Positions 9,006 through 17,114 of a stretch of DNA of 32,000 nucleotides are shown in pieces (position 1 is the stretch's first letter; every line of letters starts with the position of its first letter). This DNA is from Paramicrosporidium saccamoebae KSL3 (taxonomy: Eukaryota > Fungi > Cryptomycota). Location: contig MTSL01000050.1 of assembly GCA_002794465.1 (NCBI GenBank), forward strand, positions 43,077-75,076, given 5' to 3'. The position numbers and the translations under genes were made by a program. Under the pieces are notes generated by a model. It was given only the letters and a program-made list of their open reading frames with translations, searched no databases and was not told the origin of the DNA.

Positions 9006-12000
9006 ATGGACGACACTCAACATGACACGGCACCAGAGACAAGTCTCTTTTCTCAGATGTTCGTCACCTGGCTGAGTCCGCTCCTCTCGCTTGGCTATCG
9101 TCGTCCCCTTCAGCCGTCTGACCTGCCCGTCCTTCGTCCTGCTCTCCGTTCCCCTGACCTCTATCAACGTTTTGCTTCTCGCTGGGAGACCCGTCGCTCC
9201 TCTCCCAGTCGATACAGTGTCCTTCGTACCGGATTGGATGTCTTTGGGAGGCCATTTGGCTGGGCCGGTGTCCTGAAACTGGGTGGCGATATTTGTGCCC
9301 TCATCTCTCCCCTTGTGCTGTCCTGGATTATTGCCGACTTGAAGCATCTACCACGCTCGCTCCCCTATGGATTGGCCTTGTGTGCTTCAATATTTGTTCT
9401 GCAAATGATTAATACTCTCTCCGTCAACAGTTACTTTAACATTACCATGCAGTGTGGCATGAAGCTGCGCACCTCCCTCTCCGCCTTGATATATGCAAAG
9501 TCGCTCCGTCTTAGTGCCAAAGCCCGTCAGTCCTTTTCCACCGGCCAGATTGTCAACTTGATGAGTACCGATGCCGGTAGACTTGACTCTGCCGTGTCCT
9601 TTGCCCACTACATTTGGTCTGGTCCCTTCCAGATTCTGGTCATTGTTTTCATGCTTTTCCGTCTCCTCAAGTGGGCGGCCTTTGTTGGAGTGGGCTGTTT
9701 GGTCCTTTTCATTCCCTTGCAAAGCGACATTACGAGAATGCTCAGTCGATACCGGAAGCGCACTGCGGCAATCACCGATCAACGAGTCAAGCTCATGCAA
9801 GAAGCCATCCAGGGCATTCGTGTACTCAAATTCTATTCCTGGGAAGCGAGTTTTCTGGAGCGACTATTTGCCCTGCGTAATGAGGAAATGTGCCATGTGA
9901 GCAAGGCTCAAACGATCCGTTCTCTGACCACTGTGATCACTTCCATGGCTGCCATCATCTCATGCATCATCACATTCATTGCCTACTTTAAGATGGGCAA
10001 TCAGCTGACCGCTGAGATTGTCTTTCCCACTTTGGCCCTCTTTAACTTGCTCCGCACGCCCCTCATCCTCCTGCCCATGGTCATCAGCTTTACTGTGGAC
10101 GGGGCGTTGGCTGCCAGAAGAATAAGAAAGTTCCTCCTCGCCGAAGAATTGGACTTTAGCGCTGAACTAGACGACAGTAGCAAATACGGTGTTGAAATTC
10201 AAGATGGAAACTTTGTGTGGGAAACTCTTGAAGACGACAACAAAGACAGTGACGAGAAAGGTGACGATAAGAAGGACAACGATAAGGGTGCATCTGCAGA
10301 TACTCAGGATGATGGAAAATGTGTCATTATGGCAACTTCTTCTAGTCATCTTCTAACTGATAAAGCTGTCCAAGAACCCAGGCAAGCCCTGACGGATATC
10401 AATTTAAAGGTTGAAAAGGGAAATTTGCTGGCTATTGTCGGTGTTGTGGGTTCTGGAAAATCTACCCTGCTAAATGCTCTGGTGGGCGAATTAAAGGCAA
10501 TTAGCGGAAAGGTAACATTTGGAGGATCGGTGGCATATTGTCCGCAGCAAGCGTGGATCCGAAATGCTTCGGTGCGAGACAACATTCTCTTTGGAATGCC
10601 CTACGACGAGAACAAATATTCTTCAATCGTCTCGGCCTGTGCGCTCATCCAAGACTTTGCCGCCCTTCCTGACGGCGATCTCACAGAGATTGGTGAAAAG
10701 GGGGTGAATCTGAGCGGTGGACAAAAGCAGCGCATCAGTCTCGCACGGGCTGCATATTCTGATGTCGATGTGGTTCTCCTTGACGATCCGCTCTCTGCTG
10801 TCGATGCACATGTGGGAAAGCACTTGATGAAATTTTGCATTAATGGGATTATGGCTGGCCGAACCCGATTACTTGTGACTCACCAATTGACTGCTGTCCA
10901 TTTGGCCGATCAGGTAGTCCTCATGTCCAATGGGCAGATTGCCGAACAGGGATCGTATTTGGAGCTGATTGAGAAGGAGGGAATCTTTTCAGAGCTCGTT
11001 AGGATCCATGGACCGACGGCCTCTACCTCTTTGGTAACATCTGAGCATCCTTCGGCTCCTGATACGCCCACAAAGAAGGCTCCATTAGTAGGAGACAGTC
11101 CGGCCCCATCGAATAACAATAATGGCGGTAAATTGACTACAGCAGAGGAGCGGGTGGTGGGGGCAGTGGAATGGTCCACCTACAAAGATTACATTATCGC
11201 CGCAGGAGGAATGGTGTTCCTTCTGGTTGGACTCTTGTCGGTAATGTTGTGGAATGTCACGAGGATTTTCACAGACTACTGGATTGCAATCTGGACGAGT
11301 GAAAAGCCGACCATTGAAGTCACTCCCAATGTGTTTATTATGGTGTATCTTTTATTGGGAATGCTCCAAGGCATTTGGGCGGTGAGCAGTAGTTTGGTGT
11401 TTTCGTTTGGCGGAGTACGGGCTGCAAAGACGCTCCACAATAATTCGGCAAAACGCATTTTGCATGCTCCCGTGTCATTCTTCGACACCAATCCCACTGG
11501 TCGAATCCTGAACCGCTTTTCCAAGGACCAAGACACATTGGACAATCTGATCACTGAAACCCTGCGCTCATTTGTGCACACCTTTGGTCTGACAATGTTT
11601 ACGTTTATGGCCATGGCCGTAATGGTAAGGTTCCTAATCCTTCCTCTAATTGTCCTGCTGGGGGTGTACTACTTTATCCAGTCTTACTACCGAAGGAGCA
11701 GTCGTGAATTGAAGAGGATTGAGGCGTTGTCGCGATCTCCGCTCTATTCACACTTTTCTGAAACCCTCACCGGGCTTGCTACAATCCGTGCATTTGGCCA
11801 ATCAACCCAATTCATGGAGCACAATCTGCGATTGCTGAACATTAATAACAAGGCGGCATATGCACAGTTGTCCATCCAACGCTGGCTGGGACTCCGATTA
11901 GAGACGGTGGGCAATCTAGTCATTTTGTCAGCATCCACCTTTTGCTATGTATTCAATGTTAATCCGTCGTTGGCAGGATTGACAATCAGTTATTCTTTGG

Positions 12001-12905
12001 GAACGACGGGCGTGATGAGTTGGTGCATTAGACAGTTTGCTGACACTGAGACACAGATTATTTCCTCTGAACGAATCGGACACTATGCAAATAAACTGGC
12101 CACCGAAGGGAACCCCATGGCTGAGCCATCTCCGCCAGAATGGCCAGCTCAGGGCCAAATCAAATTTGACACCATTTCCATGAGATACCGACCCGATCTG
12201 CCCAACGTCTTGGAGAATGTGACTGTCTCAATTAAAGCGGGAGAGCGGATTGGAGTGGTTGGCAGGACGGGGGCTGGAAAGAGCTCCATCATGTTGGCAC
12301 TCTTCCGAATCGTAGAGGCGGCCGAGGGAAAAATTGAAATTGACGGCATTGACATTTCCACTTTGGAGTTGGCTGATTTGCGTCGTCATCTTTCCATCAT
12401 CCCGCAAGATCCGGTAGTCTTTGCAAACAGTGTTCGGTGGAATCTCGATCCAACCCTTTCCCACACTGATCAGGCCATGTGGGATGCTTTGGAACGAGCG
12501 CATTTACGCGAAGCCATCCAACACTTGGGTGGTCTGGATGCCCTTTTGCAGGATGGGGGAGAGAACTTGAGCGTGGGTCAACGACAGCTGCTGTGTCTCG
12601 CCCGAGCCATCCTGCAGAACAACCGGATCCTCGTCCTGGACGAGGCCACTGCCAACATTGATCTCGCCACTGATGCCCTCATCCAGGAGAGCATCCGTCG
12701 TGATTTCCCGGGCTGTACAATCCTCACCATTGCACATCGCATCAGCACTGTCATTGATTATGACCGTATTCTCGTATTGGAACGGGGTAAGGTGGTAGAA
12801 TTTGATCCGCCCGCCAACCTTCTTGCCAAAGAGGACTCGCTATTTGCATTTCTTGTTCGTGAAAGCAATCAGCTTGAAAGTAGACCCCAATCTGCCCCAA
12901 TATAA
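9006..12905 (+). CDS. ABCC/MRP-family ABC transporter without TMD0 (YOR1/ABCC4-like), 1299 aa
   Basis: L0 motif WLSPLLSLGYRRPLQPSDL and two TMDs. NBD1: GVVGSGKST, LSGGQKQR, VLLDDPLSAVD. NBD2: GRTGAGKSS, LSVGQRQL, LVLDEATA, IAHR. Confidence 0.93.
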   Translation: MDDTQHDTAPETSLFSQMFVTWLSPLLSLGYRRPLQPSDLPVLRPALRSPDLYQRFASRWETRRSSPSRYSVLRTGLDVFGRPFGWAGVLKLGGDICALISPLVLSWIIADLKHLPRSLPYGLALCASIFVLQMINTLSVNSYFNITMQCGMKLRTSLSALIYAKSLRLSAKARQSFSTGQIVNLMSTDAGRLDSAVSFAHYIWSGPFQILVIVFMLFRLLKWAAFVGVGCLVLFIPLQSDITRMLSRYRKRTAAITDQRVKLMQEAIQGIRVLKFYSWEASFLERLFALRNEEMCHVSKAQTIRSLTTVITSMAAIISCIITFIAYFKMGNQLTAEIVFPTLALFNLLRTPLILLPMVISFTVDGALAARRIRKFLLAEELDFSAELDDSSKYGVEIQDGNFVWETLEDDNKDSDEKGDDKKDNDKGASADTQDDGKCVIMATSSSHLLTDKAVQEPRQALTDINLKVEKGNLLAIVGVVGSGKSTLLNALVGELKAISGKVTFGGSVAYCPQQAWIRNASVRDNILFGMPYDENKYSSIVSACALIQDFAALPDGDLTEIGEKGVNLSGGQKQRISLARAAYSDVDVVLLDDPLSAVDAHVGKHLMKFCINGIMAGRTRLLVTHQLTAVHLADQVVLMSNGQIAEQGSYLELIEKEGIFSELVRIHGPTASTSLVTSEHPSAPDTPTKKAPLVGDSPAPSNNNNGGKLTTAEERVVGAVEWSTYKDYIIAAGGMVFLLVGLLSVMLWNVTRIFTDYWIAIWTSEKPTIEVTPNVFIMVYLLLGMLQGIWAVSSSLVFSFGGVRAAKTLHNNSAKRILHAPVSFFDTNPTGRILNRFSKDQDTLDNLITETLRSFVHTFGLTMFTFMAMAVMVRFLILPLIVLLGVYYFIQSYYRRSSRELKRIEALSRSPLYSHFSETLTGLATIRAFGQSTQFMEHNLRLLNINNKAAYAQLSIQRWLGLRLETVGNLVILSASTFCYVFNVNPSLAGLTISYSLGTTGVMSWCIRQFADTETQIISSERIGHYANKLATEGNPMAEPSPPEWPAQGQIKFDTISMRYRPDLPNVLENVTVSIKAGERIGVVGRTGAGKSSIMLALFRIVEAAEGKIEIDGIDISTLELADLRRHLSIIPQDPVVFANSVRWNLDPTLSHTDQAMWDALERAHLREAIQHLGGLDALLQDGGENLSVGQRQLLCLARAILQNNRILVLDEATANIDLATDALIQESIRRDFPGCTILTIAHRISTVIDYDRILVLERGKVVEFDPPANLLAKEDSLFAFLVRESNQLESRPQSAPI

Positions 12906-12963
12906 TAATGTATTGTATTAAGAGATTTTTCTGAACGGTATCTGTGATATTGGGATTGAAGTA

Positions 12964-13205
12964 GAATGTGGGTAGGGTGGGGCGGACAGGACAGACTTGG
13001 GAGTAATGACACTACGTCCCTACTCTGTAGATGTATTATATCGCGAAAGTCTGGTCTAATCTAAAATACTACGAGTCAGTACTCGCTAATGATTAGTGGT
13101 CATAACCTAGATAGATAGCCGTCTGATAAGACAGATCGGCCTTGACGAGTAACTGTCTATAAAGGCGTCACATCATTTTGTTCCGTTCGGCTCACTAGCA
13201 CATTC
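12964..13205 (+). ncRNA. Candidate structured RNA, RNase P/MRP-like (unverified)
   Basis: 5'/3' end pairing GAAUGUG(12964-70)/CACAUUC(13199-205). CR-I-like GAAAGUCUGG(13045-54) can pair with UCGGCU(13187-92) with a bulged U. P3-like loop strands ACAGA and AGAUGUAUUAU. Several hairpins. The CR-V ACnnnA part is missing. Confidence 0.4.
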
Positions 13206-13208
13206 AAT

Positions 13209-13712
13209 TCAATCGGCTTTATTATAATGTCGGAGTGTGGAGAGTAGCAATCCGAAGCTCGTACCTAGTAACATTCCTCTTTTTAGATTGCTCAAGACCT
13301 GTCGACGGTCTACTGTTGCAAACAGCAATCCAACCATTCCGCCTGCAGCTACCTCTTCCCACCATACCTCACCCCAGACCCGATTCACTGTCCATCGGCC
13401 TAGTGAGAATACAGCAGCCACCATTGCCAGTCGACTTCCTAGTCGTACAGCCTCCCTACCCGCTCCCCACATCACCCTCCCATTTCTCTGTCGCATATAC
13501 GCCAACACTGCGCTCCGGGTCCGCGGCGGGGTATGGTGGTGTTCTGCAAGGAACTGAAGGGATGCACTGCGTGTGCCGCGGATAGCGCCCAGGATGCAGC
13601 CGACTGCAAAACTGTATTCGAGGGCCCGCAGCGTATGGGCTACTCGATGGGCAGTGTTCTCATCTAATGCGGCAGTCCACTTGCCATATAAAGCTCCGAT
13701 TAATTCAATCAT
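13209..13712 (-). CDS. Tim17/Tim22/Tim23-family membrane protein, uncharacterised fungal subtype, 167 aa
   Basis: Gly-rich TM segments (GCILGAIRG, AAGGMVG, GMLLGTSFG). SLQFLAEHHHTPP..R...Y resembles the fungal RAENAHRLP-type motif as I recall it. Confidence 0.6.
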   Translation of the reverse strand: MIELIGALYGKWTAALDENTAHRVAHTLRALEYSFAVGCILGAIRGTRSASLQFLAEHHHTPPRTRSAVLAYMRQRNGRVMWGAGREAVRLGSRLAMVAAVFSLGRWTVNRVWGEVWWEEVAAGGMVGLLFATVDRRQVLSNLKRGMLLGTSFGLLLSTLRHYNKAD

Positions 13713-13723
13713 GCCAATGCGAT

Positions 13724-14941
13724 TTATTCTTTTCGCTCTGCAGACTGAATTGCCGAGAGCGCATCTAAGGGCGAATTCTTGAACTGGATAAAATGGCCCT
13801 GTATTTCGGCTGGCGAGCGTTGCAGCGGGGCCACTGCTTCGGCAAAACGTGCTGCTAGATGGGGGTGGTTGGGATAGAATCGAGAAAACATTCGCTGCAC
13901 CTGGTCCTGTGTTGCCCGTCCAATGTATTCCTGTACATCCACTCGACCGGGTCGAATCAATGCGGGGTCCAATCGGTCGTAATGATTGGTTGTCATGAAA
14001 ATGATGCGTTCCTCAGAAGAGGCGACTCCATCAAGCGCATTCAATAGTCCACTAAAGGTGAGCTTTCCGTGCGGCCGATCGGGACAGTTCATGGCCGAAT
14101 CAATGTCTTCCAGGAGCAATATCGATCTCTCCGGTAGAACATTGAGTAGATGATTTAAGCGATCATCAGACAGAGCCACTTCGCTTAGATTCAGCAGGCA
14201 GATGCTGTAGTCCAGTTCACTGGCTAGTGCTTGGATGAAACTGCTCTTTCCCCCACCAGGCGGACCATGGAGCAAATAGCCGCGTCGGTAGGGAATTCCC
14301 CGATCAAGATACCATTGTCCCGAGTCGAGAAATTCACGCACATCCGATACCAGTGCCTCTCTGACTCTCCCCTCAAAGATCACCGAATCCAATGTCCGTT
14401 TCCTCCGGGGATTCCCAAAGGGTCGCCATTCGGCTGCCCAACTCGTGTAGATGACCAACTTGCCCAGCTCCTGCTTGGCTGCCTGGGCCTGGGCCTCAGC
14501 CAACAGACTTGTGATGAATTCGGGCCGGCGTCCAATTGTGCTCAGTGTGATGGTCTCAAATGGGATTCCCGTAGTAATGTCCATGAGGGCAGATTTCTCG
14601 CGTTCTCGATTCACCTTGATCCAGGCGCCTTGCCACCGGAGATAATGTACACCGGGTGCAGGACTGAGACTCGTTGTCCCCGTAGTGCGGGCTATCTTTG
14701 CATTAAGTGTGAAATGCGAGCCGCTCAGCAGTGCCTGTTTCGTGAGCCATTGTACCATCCATCCATATGCGGGATCCTTGGAGGTCACCTCTACCGTTGT
14801 CAAATAACGTCTCTGGACTAAATACAGCGCCTGTGAAACACCCCGTCGTAGCGCTGCGAATCCAGCGCCCACTCCTAGCAACCCGAATCCGGCGCTAAAG
14901 TACGGATTGTCATGCAGAAGGGATGCTATAAGGTCCGACAT
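13724..14941 (-). CDS. BCS1: Mitochondrial AAA chaperone BCS1 (Rieske protein insertion into complex III), 405 aa
   Basis: NPYFSAGFGLLGVG, WAAEWRPFGNPRRKRTLDSV, YRRGYLLHGPPGGGKSS, LLEDID, MTTNH, LDPALIRPGRVD. Confidence 0.96.
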   Translation of the reverse strand: MSDLIASLLHDNPYFSAGFGLLGVGAGFAALRRGVSQALYLVQRRYLTTVEVTSKDPAYGWMVQWLTKQALLSGSHFTLNAKIARTTGTTSLSPAPGVHYLRWQGAWIKVNREREKSALMDITTGIPFETITLSTIGRRPEFITSLLAEAQAQAAKQELGKLVIYTSWAAEWRPFGNPRRKRTLDSVIFEGRVREALVSDVREFLDSGQWYLDRGIPYRRGYLLHGPPGGGKSSFIQALASELDYSICLLNLSEVALSDDRLNHLLNVLPERSILLLEDIDSAMNCPDRPHGKLTFSGLLNALDGVASSEERIIFMTTNHYDRLDPALIRPGRVDVQEYIGRATQDQVQRMFSRFYPNHPHLAARFAEAVAPLQRSPAEIQGHFIQFKNSPLDALSAIQSAERKE

Positions 14942-14950
14942 CCCCGGTGA

Positions 14951-14959
14951 CAGCCAATC
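14951..14959 (+). promoter_or_regulatory. CCAAT-box-like element CAGCCAATC in the 26-nt BCS1/SAC1 divergent gap
   Basis: Identical to 1915-1923. Confidence 0.4.
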
Positions 14960-14967
14960 AGCGCGCG

Positions 14968-17042
14968 ATGAATACTATGTTGGCTGGTCCGCATTCCCCA
15001 CCGCCCGAGTCATTGAACTTGTACCTTGGCACAGGCGCTGATGAATAGATATGTGACAGGCGAGGGATTCTATTTTGAACCAAATTACGTGATTCCGGTA
15101 AACACCAAGCCGACGTTGCAAATTGCAAGGCCGGATGGGACGATTCGAGTCAACGAACCTGTGTCCTTTGCATTGCCCTCTCGTCCGCAGCGCACAGTCT
15201 ATGGCATATTGGGAATGATTCAGCTCTTATCAGGCATTCTTTTAGCCAGTCGCTCATCATTAGGTCCTTATCTTATTGTAATCACCGAGCGAAAATTGGC
15301 TTGCCGATTCCTCGGCCACTACATCTGGAAAGTGACTGGCTCGGATATCCTTCCATGCGGCAACGGCACTAATGGCCTGGACTCTCAGCAGCGCGCTGAC
15401 GAAGACAAGTTTGTGGAATTGCTCAAGACATTTCTGGCTTCAGACTGGATTTACTACTCTTCAACATACGATCTGACTCGTAGCCTTCAGTCCGAGGTTA
15501 CTTCCAGACACGAAAAAAGCTTCCTTCGGGCCAACTTGCGTTTTGTTGTCAACCGGTTTATTGCGGCTCCCTTCATACAGGTGCTGGAACAACGCACTGA
15601 TACCCGGTTGGAGGACTTTTTAGTCTTTTGCATTGAAGGATGTACGTCTGGTGTTGGTGGCGTGATTTGTGTAGTTGTTGAACTTCAATCTTTGACAATT
15701 CACCAGAAAAAAGTTACATTTGGTGTCATTTCGAGACGATCAACGGGAAGAGTTGGTAGAGACCACCAATAGCACTGATATTGTAGGTACAAGATATCAC
15801 TCTCGAGGAATTGACGATAAGGGAAATGTTTCCAATTTTGTGGAAACGGAGCAGATTGTGCTTGTGGACGACGATGTTGCCAGTTTTGTGCAGATCCGTG
15901 GTTCTATTCCGCTGTTTTGGAGACAGAACATTAACATTCGATACAAGCCGCCCTTTGAGTTTTACAACCATGCAAGCATGACAAGCGTGTTTGAGGCGCA
16001 TTTCAAAAGATTGCTGGAAGACTATGGACAAGTGACGGCAGTGAATCTGGTGAACCACCGTGGATGGGAGGGGGAACTAGCCAAAATGTTTGCTAAACAA
16101 GCGCGAGAATTTTCCGATCCCAAGATGAATTATGTGCCGTTTGATTTTAACAAGCAGTGTCCTCGAATGCAATGGGATCGGGTTAGTATTCTCCTTGATC
16201 AGATTGAAGGCGAAATGAGTCAGCAAGGCTGGTTTACAGGAAGACTTGAGCGTCCCCATGGAGATGGACAACTTTCCTTTACTCAAATTTCTCAAAAACA
16301 GAACGGAGTCGTTCGTACAAACTGCATCGACTGTCTTGATCGAACCAACCTGGTCCAAGGATACCTTGGCCGTCGCATCTTGACGCTTCAACTCTGCCAT
16401 TTTGGAGTTCTTGACAAGACTGAGACGGTGCAAGATTGTCCCGAGTTGGAGATGCTTTTTAAACAGAGTACAAAGAGTTGGAATTATTAATTGTTCATAG
16501 TTTGGGCCGACAATGGAGACGCTGTTAGTCGACAATATTCAGGGACGGGAGCGTTGAAAGCAGACTTTACTAGGACGGGACGACGCACCAAAATGGGCTT
16601 GGTGGCTGATGGTGTCAACTCGATGATGAGATTTTTCCTCAACAACTTTACAGATGGAAAACGCCAGGACGCCATGGATTTATTCTATGGGCACTATACA
16701 GTTCGCCTGGACAACTATTACTCTCCATTCATATATCGATTCGATTACCAACTCCTCGTCTCACCAGCAATTATGGTCGCCAGTTTCCTTGTCATGTTCT
16801 ATCTTTTGCTCACTTCCAGTCTCTCAGCCGGCACCCGTCTCTTTATGACATTGTTCGTGACGTTCATCTTTCTTTTTGCCACCATGGTGTTCTTCAATGA
16901 TGGTGTACGCTATGTGCAGTATCCTAGGTTGCGACCACCGCCTGTGGCAGCATATGCCCGTCCCTGGGCCTCGGCGCTTGCTGATAAACAGAGGAAGCTA
17001 TTCAATGCCATTGATCCGTCCCGAAAAGTTCACGTGATCTAG
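14968..17042 (+). CDS. SAC1: Phosphoinositide phosphatase SAC1, ~639 aa; exons 14968-15020, 15049-15233, 15264-15641, 15675-15755, 15787-16467, 16501-17042
   Basis: ESLNLYVTGEGFYFEP N-terminus, RVGTRYHSRGID, NFVETEQI, QIRGSIPLFW, catalytic RTNCIDCLDRTN, IWADNGD, GTGALK, two C-terminal TM helices. Spliced length 1920 nt is a multiple of 3. The start could be 14977. Confidence 0.93.
15021..15048 (+). other. SAC1 intron 1, 28 nt
   Basis: GTACCT...CTGAT-GAATAG. Joins SLNL to YVTG in frame. Confidence 0.82.
15234..15263 (+). other. SAC1 intron 2, 30 nt, non-canonical GC-AG, stop-free and in frame
   Basis: CAG|GCATTC...CTCAT-CATTAG|G. Removal converts LLSG-ILLASRSSLG-PYLIVIT to LLSGPYLIVIT, collinear with Sac1 orthologs. 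Confidence 0.7.
15642..15674 (+). other. SAC1 intron 3, 33 nt, stop-free and in frame
   Basis: GTACGT...GTGAT-TTGTGTAG. Removal restores CIEGFVE. Confidence 0.8.
15756..15786 (+). other. SAC1 intron 4, 31 nt
   Basis: GTAGAG...CTGAT-ATTGTAG. Restores RVGTRY. Confidence 0.9.
16468..16500 (+). other. SAC1 intron 5, 33 nt, contains an in-frame TAA
   Basis: GTACAA...TTAAT-TGTTCATAG. Restores FKQIWADNGD. Confidence 0.9.
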
Positions 17043-17114
17043 TTGTATGTGTATTTGAAGTAATAAATAGTGGTAAAGTTACTGCGTCCACAATGTCTAG
17101 GTTATCTAGTGGAT

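Noticed and set aside
10321-10380. Possible in-frame micro-intron in the ABC transporter NBD1 insertion (contains CTAAC)
   Set aside because: No GT..AG pair of suitable length and phase next to the branch-like site; such linker insertions are common in ABCC proteins.
13100-13180. Box C/D snoRNA, U2/U5 snRNA or SRP RNA readings of the 13-kb gap
   Set aside because: Box spacing is wrong and the invariant motifs (U5 GCCUUUUAC, U2 stem context, SRP helix-8 AGCAG) are absent.
16676-16685. GGATTTATTC shared by SAC1 and the hydrolase proximal promoter (23281-23290), suggesting the promoter derives from SAC1
   Set aside because: A 10-mer that is not collinear with the rest of the relic; compatible with chance.
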